From: an uncultured Acidobacteriota bacterium
GTDB taxonomy: Bacteria > Acidobacteriota > Thermoanaerobaculia > UBA5066 > Gp7-AA6
DNA length: 64,000 nt
Direction: 5' to 3'
Assembly (NCBI GenBank): GCA_963837495.1
Contig: CAWINF010000001.1
Coordinates: 2,043,382-2,107,381, forward strand
Of the stretch, positions 10,201-18,276 are shown piece after piece. Under the pieces are notes generated by a model. The model had not been told where the DNA came from. It did not search any database and was given only the letters and a program-made list of their open reading frames with translations. The position numbers and the translations under genes are program-made. The stretch's first letter is position 1. Each line of letters opens with the position of its first letter.

Positions 10201-10564
10201 GGCGCTCGTTGACACGACCGGCGCCGACGCGAAGCTCTACGCTCAAGCCGGCGCGCTCGAGGCGCGTCTGAAGGACGTTGGCGAAGAGCTTTCGGGGGGC
10301 ACGGTTCGCTCGCGCTACAACGAGCCGGAGCCGCCTTCCATCGCCGAGCGCGTTTCCTCGATCGTCTCCGGCCACTGGTCCACGACCGGAATGCCGACCG
10401 CGACGCACCGGAAGGCGTATGAGCTGGCGGCCCACGACTTCGCCGGCGCCCTCGCGCGCCTGACGCAGACCGTGGAGGTCGACCTGAAGGCTCTCGAGGA
10501 CCGCGCCGAGTCGCTCGGCGCGCCGTGGACGCCGGGGCGCGTGCCGAGGTGGAAGCCGGACTAA
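7232..10564 (+). CDS. secreted sortilin/VPS10-like BNR (Asp-box) repeat protein
   Basis: 1110 aa with a signal peptide. Repeated S-x-D-x-G-x-T-W Asp-boxes are present: SNDGGKTW, TTDGGKTW, SVDGGESW, STDGGGSW, TEDGGKTW and TEDGGRSW. Confidence 0.8.
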   Translation: MKRAVAFAFVLVLASSAAGAAPEEKKGERPAKEGKVAEKPEKPKELFSAETFSGLELRGLGPAVTSGRVTDFAVLGRGDTLYVAAASGGVWKTTNHGTSFRPIFDEQGSYSIGCVAVDPKDPLVVWVGTGENNSQRSVSYGDGVYRSNDGGKTWENVGLKNSEHIGRIVIDPRDSRKVFVAAQGPLWADGGDRGLYRTTDGGKTWKRVLHVSEHTGVNEVWIDPRNPDAMYASSYQRRRHVFTLIDGGPESAIYKSVDGGESWKKLEKGLPKSDKGRIGLAVSPADPDTVYAVLEASAKKDKGFYRSTDGGGSWERMGDQVSTSPQYYNELVPDPKNKDRVYAMDTWMMVTEDGGKTWKKVGEKFKHVDNHALWIDPENTDHLIAGCDGGVYESWDRAATWAFTANLPITQFYRVAVDNDAPAYNVCGGTQDNFTLCGPSRTLTTHGIRNSDWYVATGGDGFQPRIDPTDANVIYAESQHGVLVRYDRKTGEQVGIQPQSLAGEAPLRWNWDSPLIISPFSHSRLYFAAQRVFRSDDRGDSWTPISDDLTAQLDRNKLPVMGRVWSVDAVAKNASTSFYGNIVSLAESPKKEGLLFAGTDDGLVQATEDGGRSWRKTASFPGVPAQTYVSYLFPSWFDPNVVFAAFDDHKRGDFAPLLLRSDNRGATWTSIAGDLPRRGSVYAIVQDFEKPDLLFAGTEFGLFFTLDGGKKWIQLKGGLPPIAVRDLAIQRRANDLVLATFGRGFYVLEDYSALRRVSRESLEKGADLFPVKSAEYYVPAEPLGLKDKSFQGEAFYEAGNPLFGAAVTYYLKDEIRSRRAARQEEEKRTVERGHEVSYPSWEELKSEAREEEPAVILTVNDESGNVVRRFAGPVKAGFHRVAWDLRYPAPNPTDPKPPKDEDPFADKKEGPLVVPGTYRVTMAKRVDGVETPLSEAQAFTVQPVGSGGLGKEQRAELLAFQRKTASLQRAVLGSEKLVKETLERISVLKKALVDTTGADAKLYAQAGALEARLKDVGEELSGGTVRSRYNEPEPPSIAERVSSIVSGHWSTTGMPTATHRKAYELAAHDFAGALARLTQTVEVDLKALEDRAESLGAPWTPGRVPRWKPD

Positions 10565-10690
10565 CCGTCGCTCCGCCGTCGCTCCGCGCGCTCCGCGGGG
10601 ATGTCGCCCTTCGGGCTCATCCCGCTCCAGCGCTCCGCTCCCGCGGCGCGCGCTCCTCCACCCTGAGAGACTTCGCGCGCCGCGAGCTCA
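10565..10690. repeat. GC-rich repeat, family C, copy 2
   Basis: Starts 1 nt after the TAA stop with CCGTCGCTCCG...CGTCGCTCCGCGCGCTCCGCGGGG. The hairpin is CGCGGCGCGCG (10642-10652) with CGCGCGCCGCG (10674-10684). Confidence 0.55.
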
Positions 10691-10729
10691 ACGACCACTG
10701 TGGTTCTAAGCGGCGGCCTTCCTCCACAT

Positions 10730-10753
10730 GTAGGGGAGGGGCTTGCCCCTCCC
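10730..10753. repeat. GC hairpin unit, family B, single arm
   Basis: GTAGGGGAGGGG-CTTG-CCCCTCCC. Confidence 0.5.
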
Positions 10754-10882
10754 GCTTCCCCGTCGCTCCGCGCACCGGGACAGGGATCAGTTCCGAGACA
10801 CGCGGGGAGCGTGATAAACGTATCTCTCGTTGGCTCGTTTCAGAGATCGGCAAGAGACCCAATCGGCAAATCGAAATTTCTT

Positions 10883-11962
10883 ATGAAGACTGGAATCATC
10901 GGGCTGCCTCAGGTGGGGAAGACATCGCTGTTCAAGATTCTTACGAAGGCGCAGCTCGACGCGCATGCCCTGCATTCGCGCGACGCGCACCTTGGCATCG
11001 CCAGGGTTCCCGACGAGCGCCTGGACAAGCTTTCGGCCCTCTATCATCCAAAAAAGACGACGCATGCCACGGTGGAGTACGTGGACGTCGCCGCCATCGG
11101 CCAGGAAGCGCTCAAGGAGTCGGCTTACGCGCAGCGCCTGCGGGAGGTGGATTCGCTCACCCACGTGCTGCGCGCGTTTGAAGATCCGGCGATTCCGCAC
11201 GTCGGTGACAATCCGCTGAAGGACGCACGCGACGTCGAGGCTGACCTGATCGTCAGCGACATGGTGCAGATCGAAAAGCGGATGGAGGGGCTGGAAAAGG
11301 ACTTGAGGAAGATCAAGTCCGACGACCTGGCGCGCGAGCACGAGCTGCTGCTGAAGTGCAAAGCGCAGCTCGAAAGCGGACGGCCCATGCGCGAGCTCGA
11401 GCTCAACGCCGACGACAGGAAGCGCCTGCGCGGCTTCGCCTTCCTCAGCCAGAAGCCGATCCTGTATGTCGTCAACATCGGCGAGAGCACCGAGCTGGGC
11501 AAGGATCTGGACGCCGCGGCCGCCAGATACGACCTCGCCGAAATTGCTTCGAGTCCGAACTCCGGCGCGACCGCCATCTGCGGCAAGGTGGAAGCCGAGC
11601 TCGCGGAGATGAGTGACGAAGAGGCTGCCGAGTTCCTCTCCAGCTACGGGCTGAACGAGAGCGGGCTGGCACGCCTCATCCGCAAGACTTACGAACTTCT
11701 GGGGCTGATCTCCTTCTTCACCGTCGGCGAAGACGAATGCCGCGCCTGGACCGTGCCCCGCGGCGTTCGCGCGCAGGAGGCGGCGGGCGCGATCCACTCG
11801 GATCTCGAGAAGCACTTCATCCGCGCCGAGACGATCCACTGGGACCAACTCCTCGACGCCGGATCCGAGGCGAGCGCGCGCTCCAGGGGCACGCTGCGGC
11901 TGGAGGGCAAGGAGTACATCGTCCAGGACGGCGACGTGATGAATATCCGGCACAGCGCATAG
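10883..11962 (+). CDS. ychF: redox-regulated ribosome-binding ATPase YchF
   Basis: MKTGIIGLPQVGKTSLF P-loop, about 359 aa, with a C-terminal TGS-like end ...IVQDGDVMNIR. The track ORF start at 10700 is upstream read-through. Confidence 0.9.
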   Translation: MKTGIIGLPQVGKTSLFKILTKAQLDAHALHSRDAHLGIARVPDERLDKLSALYHPKKTTHATVEYVDVAAIGQEALKESAYAQRLREVDSLTHVLRAFEDPAIPHVGDNPLKDARDVEADLIVSDMVQIEKRMEGLEKDLRKIKSDDLAREHELLLKCKAQLESGRPMRELELNADDRKRLRGFAFLSQKPILYVVNIGESTELGKDLDAAAARYDLAEIASSPNSGATAICGKVEAELAEMSDEEAAEFLSSYGLNESGLARLIRKTYELLGLISFFTVGEDECRAWTVPRGVRAQEAAGAIHSDLEKHFIRAETIHWDQLLDAGSEASARSRGTLRLEGKEYIVQDGDVMNIRHSA

Positions 11963-11978
11963 CCCGCTCGCCTTCACC

Positions 11979-12743
11979 GTGGTCATCTGGCTTCTCGCTC
12001 AGGCTCTTCTGACCGCTGCCGCGACCCCGGCGGACATCCGCGTGGTCCCGGAGCTTCAGGCCTTCACGGTGATCGTGTCGGGTTCGGCGCCCGGGGCGCG
12101 GGCCGGCGCGTTCTCCGGTTCGGTGTCGTTGAACGGATCCTCTTCGGAGGTCCCCGTCACCGGCCTCGCGCGAGCCTCCGGGAGGCGCCTGGAGATTTCC
12201 GTGAAGATGCGCTACCGGGACGTGCCGGAGGACTGGATCAAGCGCCTCCGCGCCTCCGATTTCGACTACCGGCTGCGCGGCCGCGTAGCGGGCGGAAGCC
12301 CGGTCGAATGGTCGGGCACCAGGCGCTGGGACCAGGTCGAGGTCGAGAAACGGGAGAACGCGGCGTCAGGCTTCGTCAAGCTCACCTCGATCCAGCTGAC
12401 GGAGTTCTCGCTGTTCGAAAGCGCAGCCCGGGCGGAGGTCACGGTTCGAAACCCGCTTGCATTTCCGCTGAAGATCGCGAGCGCGAGCTGCCGTCTGTTC
12501 GCCAACGGGAGCGAGGTCGGGTCGGGAGCCGCCGGCGAGATGATCCTTCGGCCCGACCAGGAGACGACGTTGAAGCTTCCCATCGACCTCGACCACGGCC
12601 AGCTCCTGGCCGCCGCCGGTGCCGCGCTCCGCTCGGGCGGCGACGTCGAGGGACGACTGCGCGGCGCTCTGGTGGTGCGCCTTCCGGGCGGCGACATCCG
12701 GGTGCCGCTCGATCTTTCGGGCCGATTCTCCGTCTTGCGGTGA
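11979..12743 (+). CDS. LEA_2 / WHy-domain (LEA14-like) protein with an N-terminal signal sequence
   Basis: Two beta-rich repeats have the pattern AEVTVRNPLAFPLKI..., typical of LEA_2. This is family-level recall only. Confidence 0.5.
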   Translation: MVIWLLAQALLTAAATPADIRVVPELQAFTVIVSGSAPGARAGAFSGSVSLNGSSSEVPVTGLARASGRRLEISVKMRYRDVPEDWIKRLRASDFDYRLRGRVAGGSPVEWSGTRRWDQVEVEKRENAASGFVKLTSIQLTEFSLFESAARAEVTVRNPLAFPLKIASASCRLFANGSEVGSGAAGEMILRPDQETTLKLPIDLDHGQLLAAAGAALRSGGDVEGRLRGALVVRLPGGDIRVPLDLSGRFSVLR

Positions 12744-12827
12744 GGCCGAAGAGGTGCCGTTGGCGTTGACTGCTGGGCCTAGCATTTCACCAACCTTCTT
12801 GACTTCGACGAAGAAACATCAGTTGGC

Positions 12828-12855
12828 GAAATACAGGAAGTACACGGTCGACCCC
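12828..12855 (+). repeat. 28-nt conserved motif, copy C (GAAATACAGGAAGTACACGGTCGACCCC)
   Basis: Ends 45 nt upstream of the GT39 ATG. A shorter echo, GAATACACTGGACCC, lies at 12885-12899. Confidence 0.7.
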
Positions 12856-12900
12856 ATTCCCCGGAACCGGACCCCAAGGATTCTGAATACACTGGACCCG

Positions 12901-14625
12901 ATGGCGAAAGAATCGCGTTCGTCCGAAGGCGAAGGGCCGCAGTCGACGCCCGCGCCGGGATCGCGCGGCCGGCGGCGGCTCGATCGCGCTGTTCTCGCGG
13001 CGGCTGCGTGCGTACTGGCGGCCGGTATCCTCCGCTTCTCGGGGCTCGGCTGGGACGCCGGGCAGGTCTACCACTCCGACGAGGCCAACATCGTGCAGGC
13101 GGTCATGCGCGTGGACGTGCCCCGGCAGATGGACCCGGATCTGTTCGTCTACAACGCCGTTCCGATTTATCTCGACGCGGAGATCGCGCAGCTCGTGGCC
13201 CGGGTCACGGGCGATCCCACCTGGAAGACGACGCGGGGTCGGATCGCGCTGATCGCACGCGAGGTGTCCGCGACCGCCTCGACGACCGCCGTCGCTCTGC
13301 TGTTTCTCCTGGGAACTCGCCTGCTGAGTCCGTGGGGCGGGGTGCTCGCGGCCGCATTCGGGGCGTTCTGTCCGGGCCTCGTTCAGGCGGCCCACTACGG
13401 AGTCACGGAAAGCCTGCTCGTCCTCTTCTTCCTCGCGTTGGCGCTCCTCGTGGCAGTGGCGCCGTCCGACGAGCCGTGGACAAGAGGCAGAGTCATGCTC
13501 GGCTCGGTCGTCGCCGGTCTCGCGGTGGGGACCAAGACGTCGGCGGTCAGCTTCCTGCTCGTTCCGGCGGTCGCGTGGCTCCTCGCGATCCGGGAGCGCC
13601 GGGCGCCGCACCCCGTCCGCGCGGCGGTCCTGTTTCTCGGAGGGACCGCGCTCACGTTCTTTCTCGTGTCGCCCTTCACGCTACTGCATTTCGATCGGCT
13701 TCGGGACCAGATCGTGAAGGAGCGCAGCGTCCTGAACGGCACGCAGATGGTCTGGTACACCGCGCCGTTTCTGGGGACCGTTCGTTATGCGTACGAGGCG
13801 AAGAGCCTCATGTGGCTCGCGGGACCGTTCCTCGCCGTCCTCGGCCTCGTCGGGATCGCGCTCTGGCTGGCGCGCTCGGTCCGCGACCCGCGCGAACGAA
13901 ACGGCCTGCCCCTGCTCCTCTTTTCAGTCGCGTATCTGGCGTACGTCGGCACATGGTTCGCGAAATTCATCCGCTACCTGGTCCCCCTGCTCCCCGTGCT
14001 GTGCCTCGCGGCCGCTTGGCTGCTGGTCCTCCTCTACCGAGCGTACGGGCCGCGGGGGCGGGCGGCGTCGGTCGCTCTCTCCGCCTTCGGCGTCCTCGCT
14101 TCGGGAGTGTTCTCCGCCGCGATGCTATCGATATACCTCCGACCTCATACGAGGCTGGCGGCGTCGGACTGGATCTACGCGAACGTGGCGCCGGGCAGCA
14201 CGATCGCCCTGGAGCAGCTCGATCACCGGGTCCCCGCGCCTCGTGGCGCGAACCTGCCCGCGCAATATGCGTACCGGCCGGTTCCGTGCCTTCAGCACGA
14301 CGACCGGACGAAGGCCGGGGAAATCGCCGGGGCACTCGCGCACTCCGACGTGCTCGTGGTGTGGAGCCGTCGCTGTATCGACGCGATCCGGAGTCTCAAG
14401 CCGCTCTACCCCATCACGAATCGCTATTACTCCCGCCTTCTGGACGGGTCCCTCGGTTTCGTCGAGGTCCGGCGGTTCGCTTCCTATCCGGCGATCCTCG
14501 GTTGGGAGATTCGCGACGACGCGGCCGAGGCGACGTTTCGCGTCTTCGACCATCCGACCGTCCTCGTCTTCGTCAACCGTGACCGGCTTCCGCCGGAGGA
14601 AATCGAGCGGCGAATCGAGCGATAG
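12901..14625 (+). CDS. GT-C membrane glycosyltransferase, family 39 (PMT_2 / ArnT-like)
   Basis: Polytopic, with a first-loop YHSDEANI (DE motif). The ATG at 12901 is preferred over the track start at 12619, which overlaps the previous gene. Confidence 0.6.
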   Translation: MAKESRSSEGEGPQSTPAPGSRGRRRLDRAVLAAAACVLAAGILRFSGLGWDAGQVYHSDEANIVQAVMRVDVPRQMDPDLFVYNAVPIYLDAEIAQLVARVTGDPTWKTTRGRIALIAREVSATASTTAVALLFLLGTRLLSPWGGVLAAAFGAFCPGLVQAAHYGVTESLLVLFFLALALLVAVAPSDEPWTRGRVMLGSVVAGLAVGTKTSAVSFLLVPAVAWLLAIRERRAPHPVRAAVLFLGGTALTFFLVSPFTLLHFDRLRDQIVKERSVLNGTQMVWYTAPFLGTVRYAYEAKSLMWLAGPFLAVLGLVGIALWLARSVRDPRERNGLPLLLFSVAYLAYVGTWFAKFIRYLVPLLPVLCLAAAWLLVLLYRAYGPRGRAASVALSAFGVLASGVFSAAMLSIYLRPHTRLAASDWIYANVAPGSTIALEQLDHRVPAPRGANLPAQYAYRPVPCLQHDDRTKAGEIAGALAHSDVLVVWSRRCIDAIRSLKPLYPITNRYYSRLLDGSLGFVEVRRFASYPAILGWEIRDDAAEATFRVFDHPTVLVFVNRDRLPPEEIERRIER

Positions 14626-14717
14626 AAGCGAGAAAAGCAATCGCTCCGGCGACCGCAACAGCCCGACCTGCGCCTTCGAGACGACCTTGTCGTTCATCAG
14701 CGTGACCGTGGTCGACT

Positions 14718-14744
14718 GGGGTCAATCGTGCGTCCGTGTATTTC
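14718..14744 (-). repeat. 28-nt conserved motif, copy D (minus strand GAAATACACGGACGCACGATTGACCCC)
   Basis: Inverted relative to copy C, 93 nt after the GT39 stop. Confidence 0.7.
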
Positions 14745-14905
14745 GGAGGCCGAGGTGGACGAGCCGGGTCAAAGGCCCGAGCAACTTCAAGAGCTTCGCG
14801 GTGGGGTAGGTCTCGACGGGGAGACCTTTGAAGTCGCGGTTGTTGGACCAAAAGTGAATCTGGCGCCTCAGGGCCAGCGCGGCGAGGGCGACGTCGTCGG
14901 TCAGT
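14722..14905 (-). pseudogene. possible C-terminal remnant of a second PIN-domain gene
   Basis: ...DDVALAALALRRQIHFWSNNRDFKGLPVE... resembles the last PIN acidic-residue segment. No N-terminal part is present. Confidence 0.3.
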
Positions 14906-14908
14906 AGG

Positions 14909-15306
14909 TCAGGACGTCCAGGCGGGCACACTCGAGAAGTCTTTCGCATTGCGCGTGAGGAGTGATGCTTCGGCGACGATCGCCGAGGTCGCGATGAGGA
15001 GGTCCATCGTCGAAATCCGGCCGGAGCCCCGCTCCTGCGTCCGGAGAAGGGAACCGTAGGCCGGCGGGAAGCGTTCGTCGGGGTAGTCGATGCCCAGGCT
15101 CGAACAGAGCCGATCGACCTTGCGTTTCTCCTCGGACGGCTTCCTGGACATCTCGGCGCCGGAGGCGAGCTCGCCTGCCACGAAGACGCTCATTCGGAGC
15201 TCTTCCTCATGGAGGGTTCCGAGCACGCGTGAGGCCGGGCCTTCTTCGCTTCGAGCGGATTCTCGCGCAGCAAGTCCACCAGAAAAGAAGTATCGAGGTG
15301 GATCAC
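14909..15306 (-). pseudogene. vapC: PIN-domain toxin VapC, apparently frameshifted near 15230-15250
   Basis: The GTG at 15306 overlaps the vapB stop (GTGA) and encodes VIHLDTSFLVDLLRENPLEAKKA... The rest of the PIN domain (...EEELRMSVFVAGEL...DLLIATSAI...TRNAKDF) is in another frame, track ORF 14909-15226. This is a hand translation. Confidence 0.55.
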
Positions 15307-15536
15307 GGTTTCAGCGCCTTCGCGCGATCCCGGCGGCGCCCCGCGATCAGCTCATCGAGCTTCCCGAGAGTGCCGGCCGAAAGGCTGACCGCCGGCAAGA
15401 GGGCCTTCAGGTCACGGCCGGTGGTACGCCGGCCGAAGTGCTCCTTGATGACCCTGGAAAACGACTCTCCCTTCCGTTTCCGGCGCGCCAGGGCCTCGTA
15501 GGCTTCGAGATCGATTGTAATCGTCTTGACTGCCAT
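15303..15536 (-). CDS. vapB: VapB-type antitoxin (PF02697-like 'putative antitoxin')
   Basis: MAVKTITIDLEAYEALARRKRKGESFSRVIKEHF is the typical family N-terminus. The ATG at 15536 is preferred to the track GTG at 15551. Confidence 0.7.
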   Translation of the reverse strand: MAVKTITIDLEAYEALARRKRKGESFSRVIKEHFGRRTTGRDLKALLPAVSLSAGTLGKLDELIAGRRRDRAKALKP

Positions 15537-15554
15537 GCACTTATCATGCACTTA
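15534..15554 (-). promoter_or_regulatory. tandem 10-nt repeats (TAAGTGCATG x2, 11-nt period) at the vapB start; candidate operator
   Basis: The minus strand reads GTAAGTGCATGATAAGTGCATGGCA. The second repeat contains the ATG. Confidence 0.35.
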
Positions 15555-15832
15555 CATCGGATCAGGTCAAGGCACCCTCCGACGCGGGTCCCACCCATCC
15601 GGTCAGTCTTCAACGGGTTTGGCACTGTTCCTGAGGGCTTCCCAAAGCAATAGGAAGTCGGCCAGCCGGGTCGCCGGAGGCCACAGAACGGAAGGCCTTG
15701 ATTCCAGGTCACTTCTTGGCCAGAGTCTTCGGGCAGGGGCGGAACGAACGGCCCTTGACAGTCACTTGATGCCATCGGCGTCGCGCCTCTTATGACACGT
15801 TCCGTCACACGGGCCGGCGCTGTCGGACCGCG

Positions 15833-18211
15833 ATGAACGGATCCCTGGCTGTGTCTGCGTTTCCGCGTCACTACGACACCCTGATGGTGGTGTTGTCTTA
15901 CACGATCTCCGCGCTCGGCGCATACTGCGCGCTTCAGTGGGCGGCTCAGATTCCCCGTTCCCGGGGATGGCCGCTCTGGGGGCGAGTCGCCGCTGCGGCG
16001 GTCGCCATGGCGGGCGCGGTCTGCGCGACGCACTCCACGGCGATGGCGGCCGCCGTCTTCGTTCCGGCCGCCGCGTCGCGGCCCTTGCCGGTCGTTCTGA
16101 GAACGGACGAGCTCGGCTTCATGGTCTTCGGCTTGACTCTCTTCGTACTCATTCTGCTCTCCATGGCGAGCCGCATCAGCAAACGCAAACAGGCCGAGGA
16201 CGCGCTGATCACCGCTCGGCAGGACCTGGAGCGAGTCGTGGCCGAGAGAACGGCGCAGCTCGCCCGGGCCAACGACGCCCTTCGCGCAGAGAATGCCGAC
16301 CGGAGAAGCTCCGAGGAATGGCACCGGATTCTGTTCGAGAGCAGTCCGCAGCCGATATGGGTATTCGACGAGAGGACCCTCCGGTTCCTGGCGGTCAACG
16401 AAGCCGCGTGCCGGAGCTACGGATATTCCCGCGAGGAGTTCCTCGCGATGACGATCAAGGACATTCGTCCCGAGGAAGAGGTCCCGAAACTGCTCGAAAA
16501 TTTGTCCAGGGAGCCTCGGGGGCTTCGCAAGTCCGGGATCTGGGAGCACCGCAAGAAAGATGGAACCGTGATCGAAGTCGAGGTCGTCTCGCACCCGCTC
16601 GACTTCTCGGATCGGCCGGCCCGGATGGTTCTCGCCGTCGACGTGACGCAGCGCCTCCTGGCCGAGCGGCGCATGCAGGAGCGCACGATGTACCTGAACG
16701 CGCTCGTGGAGCACAGCCCGATCGCGATCCTCGCTCTGGCCCCGGATAATCGCGTGCAGATCATGAATCCGGCTTTCGGCCGCCTCTTCGGCTACACCTC
16801 CGAGGAGGTCCTCGGGCGCAATCCCGACGATCTCATCGCCCCGGAGGGCCTTCGGACGGAGGCTTCCTCCTTCACCGTGGACGTCTTGAGCGGCAGGACG
16901 ATTCACGCGGAAACGAAACGCCGGCGCAAGGACGGCAAGCTCGTCGAGGTCGATCTCTACGGAGTCCCCCTGATCCAGGACGGACGCCTGGTCGGCGTTT
17001 ATGCCCTGTACCAGGACATCACGGAGAGCCGAGAGCTTTCCGAGCAGCTCCGGCAATCGCAGAAGATCGAGGCGATCGGCCGCCTCGCGGGCGGCGTCGC
17101 GCACGATTTCAACAACCTCCTGACCGTGATTCTCGGCACGACGGATCTGCTCCTCGAGCTCACCGGAGATCGCCACCCGATGCGCGCGGAACTGTGCGAG
17201 ATCCGCACTGCGGGAGAGCGGGCGGCAAACCTGACCCGGCAGCTCCTCGCCTTCAGCCGCAAACAGGTTCTCCGGCCCGAGGTGCTGGATTTGAACGACC
17301 TCCTGACCAACATCGAGCGGATGCTCTCCCGCCTGCTCGGCGAGGACATCGAGATGATCAGCTCGCTCTCCGACGGCCTCTGGCGCGTGCGCGCCGACCC
17401 CGGCCAGATCGAGCAGGCGGTGGTGAACCTGGCCGTCAACGCCCGTGACGCGATGCCGGAGGGCGGAACGGTGCGGCTCGGGACGGAGAATGTCTTCGTG
17501 GACCCTGCCCTCGCCAGCCAGCACAAGGGCATGAGGCCCGGCGAGTACGTCCAGATCATCGTGTCCGATACCGGCATCGGCATGGACGAAGCGGTCCAGT
17601 CGCGCCTTTTCGAGCCCTTCTTCACGACCAAGCCCAAGGGGAAAGGGACCGGCCTGGGGCTTTCGACGACGTACGGCATCGTCAAGCAGAGCGGCGGGTA
17701 CATCTGGGCCGAGAGCGCGCCGGGAAGGGGAGCCTGCTTCCGGATATACCTGCCGCGCGTTCAGGCGGAACCCGAGCATGGTCATGAGAGGTCTGACGTC
17801 GGCGCCGTCGGCGGCAAGGAAACGATCCTGGTCGTCGAGGACGAGCCCGAGGTTCGCTCCCTCGTCGAGCGGGTCCTCAAGGATCAGGGATACCGCGTGC
17901 TGGTCGCGGACCGGCCCTCCGAGGCTCTGACGATCTCACTCCGATCCGACCTGCGCCTCGACCTCATGGTCACCGACATCATCATGCCCGAAATGAACGG
18001 CTGTGAGCTGGCGCGCCGGCTCGAGCCGTACCGTCCGGATCTGCGCGTCCTGTACCTCTCCGGATACACGGACGAGGCGATCGCCCGGCAGGGAATCCTC
18101 AATCCCGGGATCACCCTGCTCGAGAAACCCTTCCGCCCCAGAATCCTCGCGCAGCGTGTCCGCGAGATCCTCGATTCCCGATCCGTACGACAGGCCGGGG
18201 CAGTTCTGTAA
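15833..18211 (+). CDS. hybrid sensor histidine kinase / response regulator with an N-terminal 3-TM region and two PAS domains
   Basis: Contains the H-box GGVAHDFNNLL, the HATPase motifs NARDAMPEGG and GTGLGLS, and a C-terminal receiver (ILVVEDEPEVR...MVTDIIMPEMNG). Confidence 0.85.
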   Translation: MNGSLAVSAFPRHYDTLMVVLSYTISALGAYCALQWAAQIPRSRGWPLWGRVAAAAVAMAGAVCATHSTAMAAAVFVPAAASRPLPVVLRTDELGFMVFGLTLFVLILLSMASRISKRKQAEDALITARQDLERVVAERTAQLARANDALRAENADRRSSEEWHRILFESSPQPIWVFDERTLRFLAVNEAACRSYGYSREEFLAMTIKDIRPEEEVPKLLENLSREPRGLRKSGIWEHRKKDGTVIEVEVVSHPLDFSDRPARMVLAVDVTQRLLAERRMQERTMYLNALVEHSPIAILALAPDNRVQIMNPAFGRLFGYTSEEVLGRNPDDLIAPEGLRTEASSFTVDVLSGRTIHAETKRRRKDGKLVEVDLYGVPLIQDGRLVGVYALYQDITESRELSEQLRQSQKIEAIGRLAGGVAHDFNNLLTVILGTTDLLLELTGDRHPMRAELCEIRTAGERAANLTRQLLAFSRKQVLRPEVLDLNDLLTNIERMLSRLLGEDIEMISSLSDGLWRVRADPGQIEQAVVNLAVNARDAMPEGGTVRLGTENVFVDPALASQHKGMRPGEYVQIIVSDTGIGMDEAVQSRLFEPFFTTKPKGKGTGLGLSTTYGIVKQSGGYIWAESAPGRGACFRIYLPRVQAEPEHGHERSDVGAVGGKETILVVEDEPEVRSLVERVLKDQGYRVLVADRPSEALTISLRSDLRLDLMVTDIIMPEMNGCELARRLEPYRPDLRVLYLSGYTDEAIARQGILNPGITLLEKPFRPRILAQRVREILDSRSVRQAGAVL

Positions 18212-18276
18212 CAACGCCCACCGAGAGCCTCCCTGCTCGCGCCGTTCTGCCGGGCTCGACGTGCGGCGACGGCGGC

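Noticed and set aside
7154-10435. Long minus-strand ORFs (7154-8671 at 505 aa, and 8678-10435 at 585 aa) opposite the BNR/sortilin gene.
   Set aside because: These are Arg/Pro/Gly/Asp-rich low-complexity translations, fully antisense to a well-supported gene. They are typical shadow ORFs of GC-rich DNA.
15618-15636. Sigma54-type promoter (TGGCACTGTTCCTGAG) upstream of the histidine kinase.
   Set aside because: The -12 element lacks the GC dinucleotide (it reads CTGA, not TTGC). Only a partial -24 match remains.
15407-17785. 792-aa minus-strand ORF opposite the histidine kinase.
   Set aside because: It has no domain-like sequence and is antisense to a gene with clear PAS/HisKA/HATPase/REC motifs. 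The equal length is coincidental.
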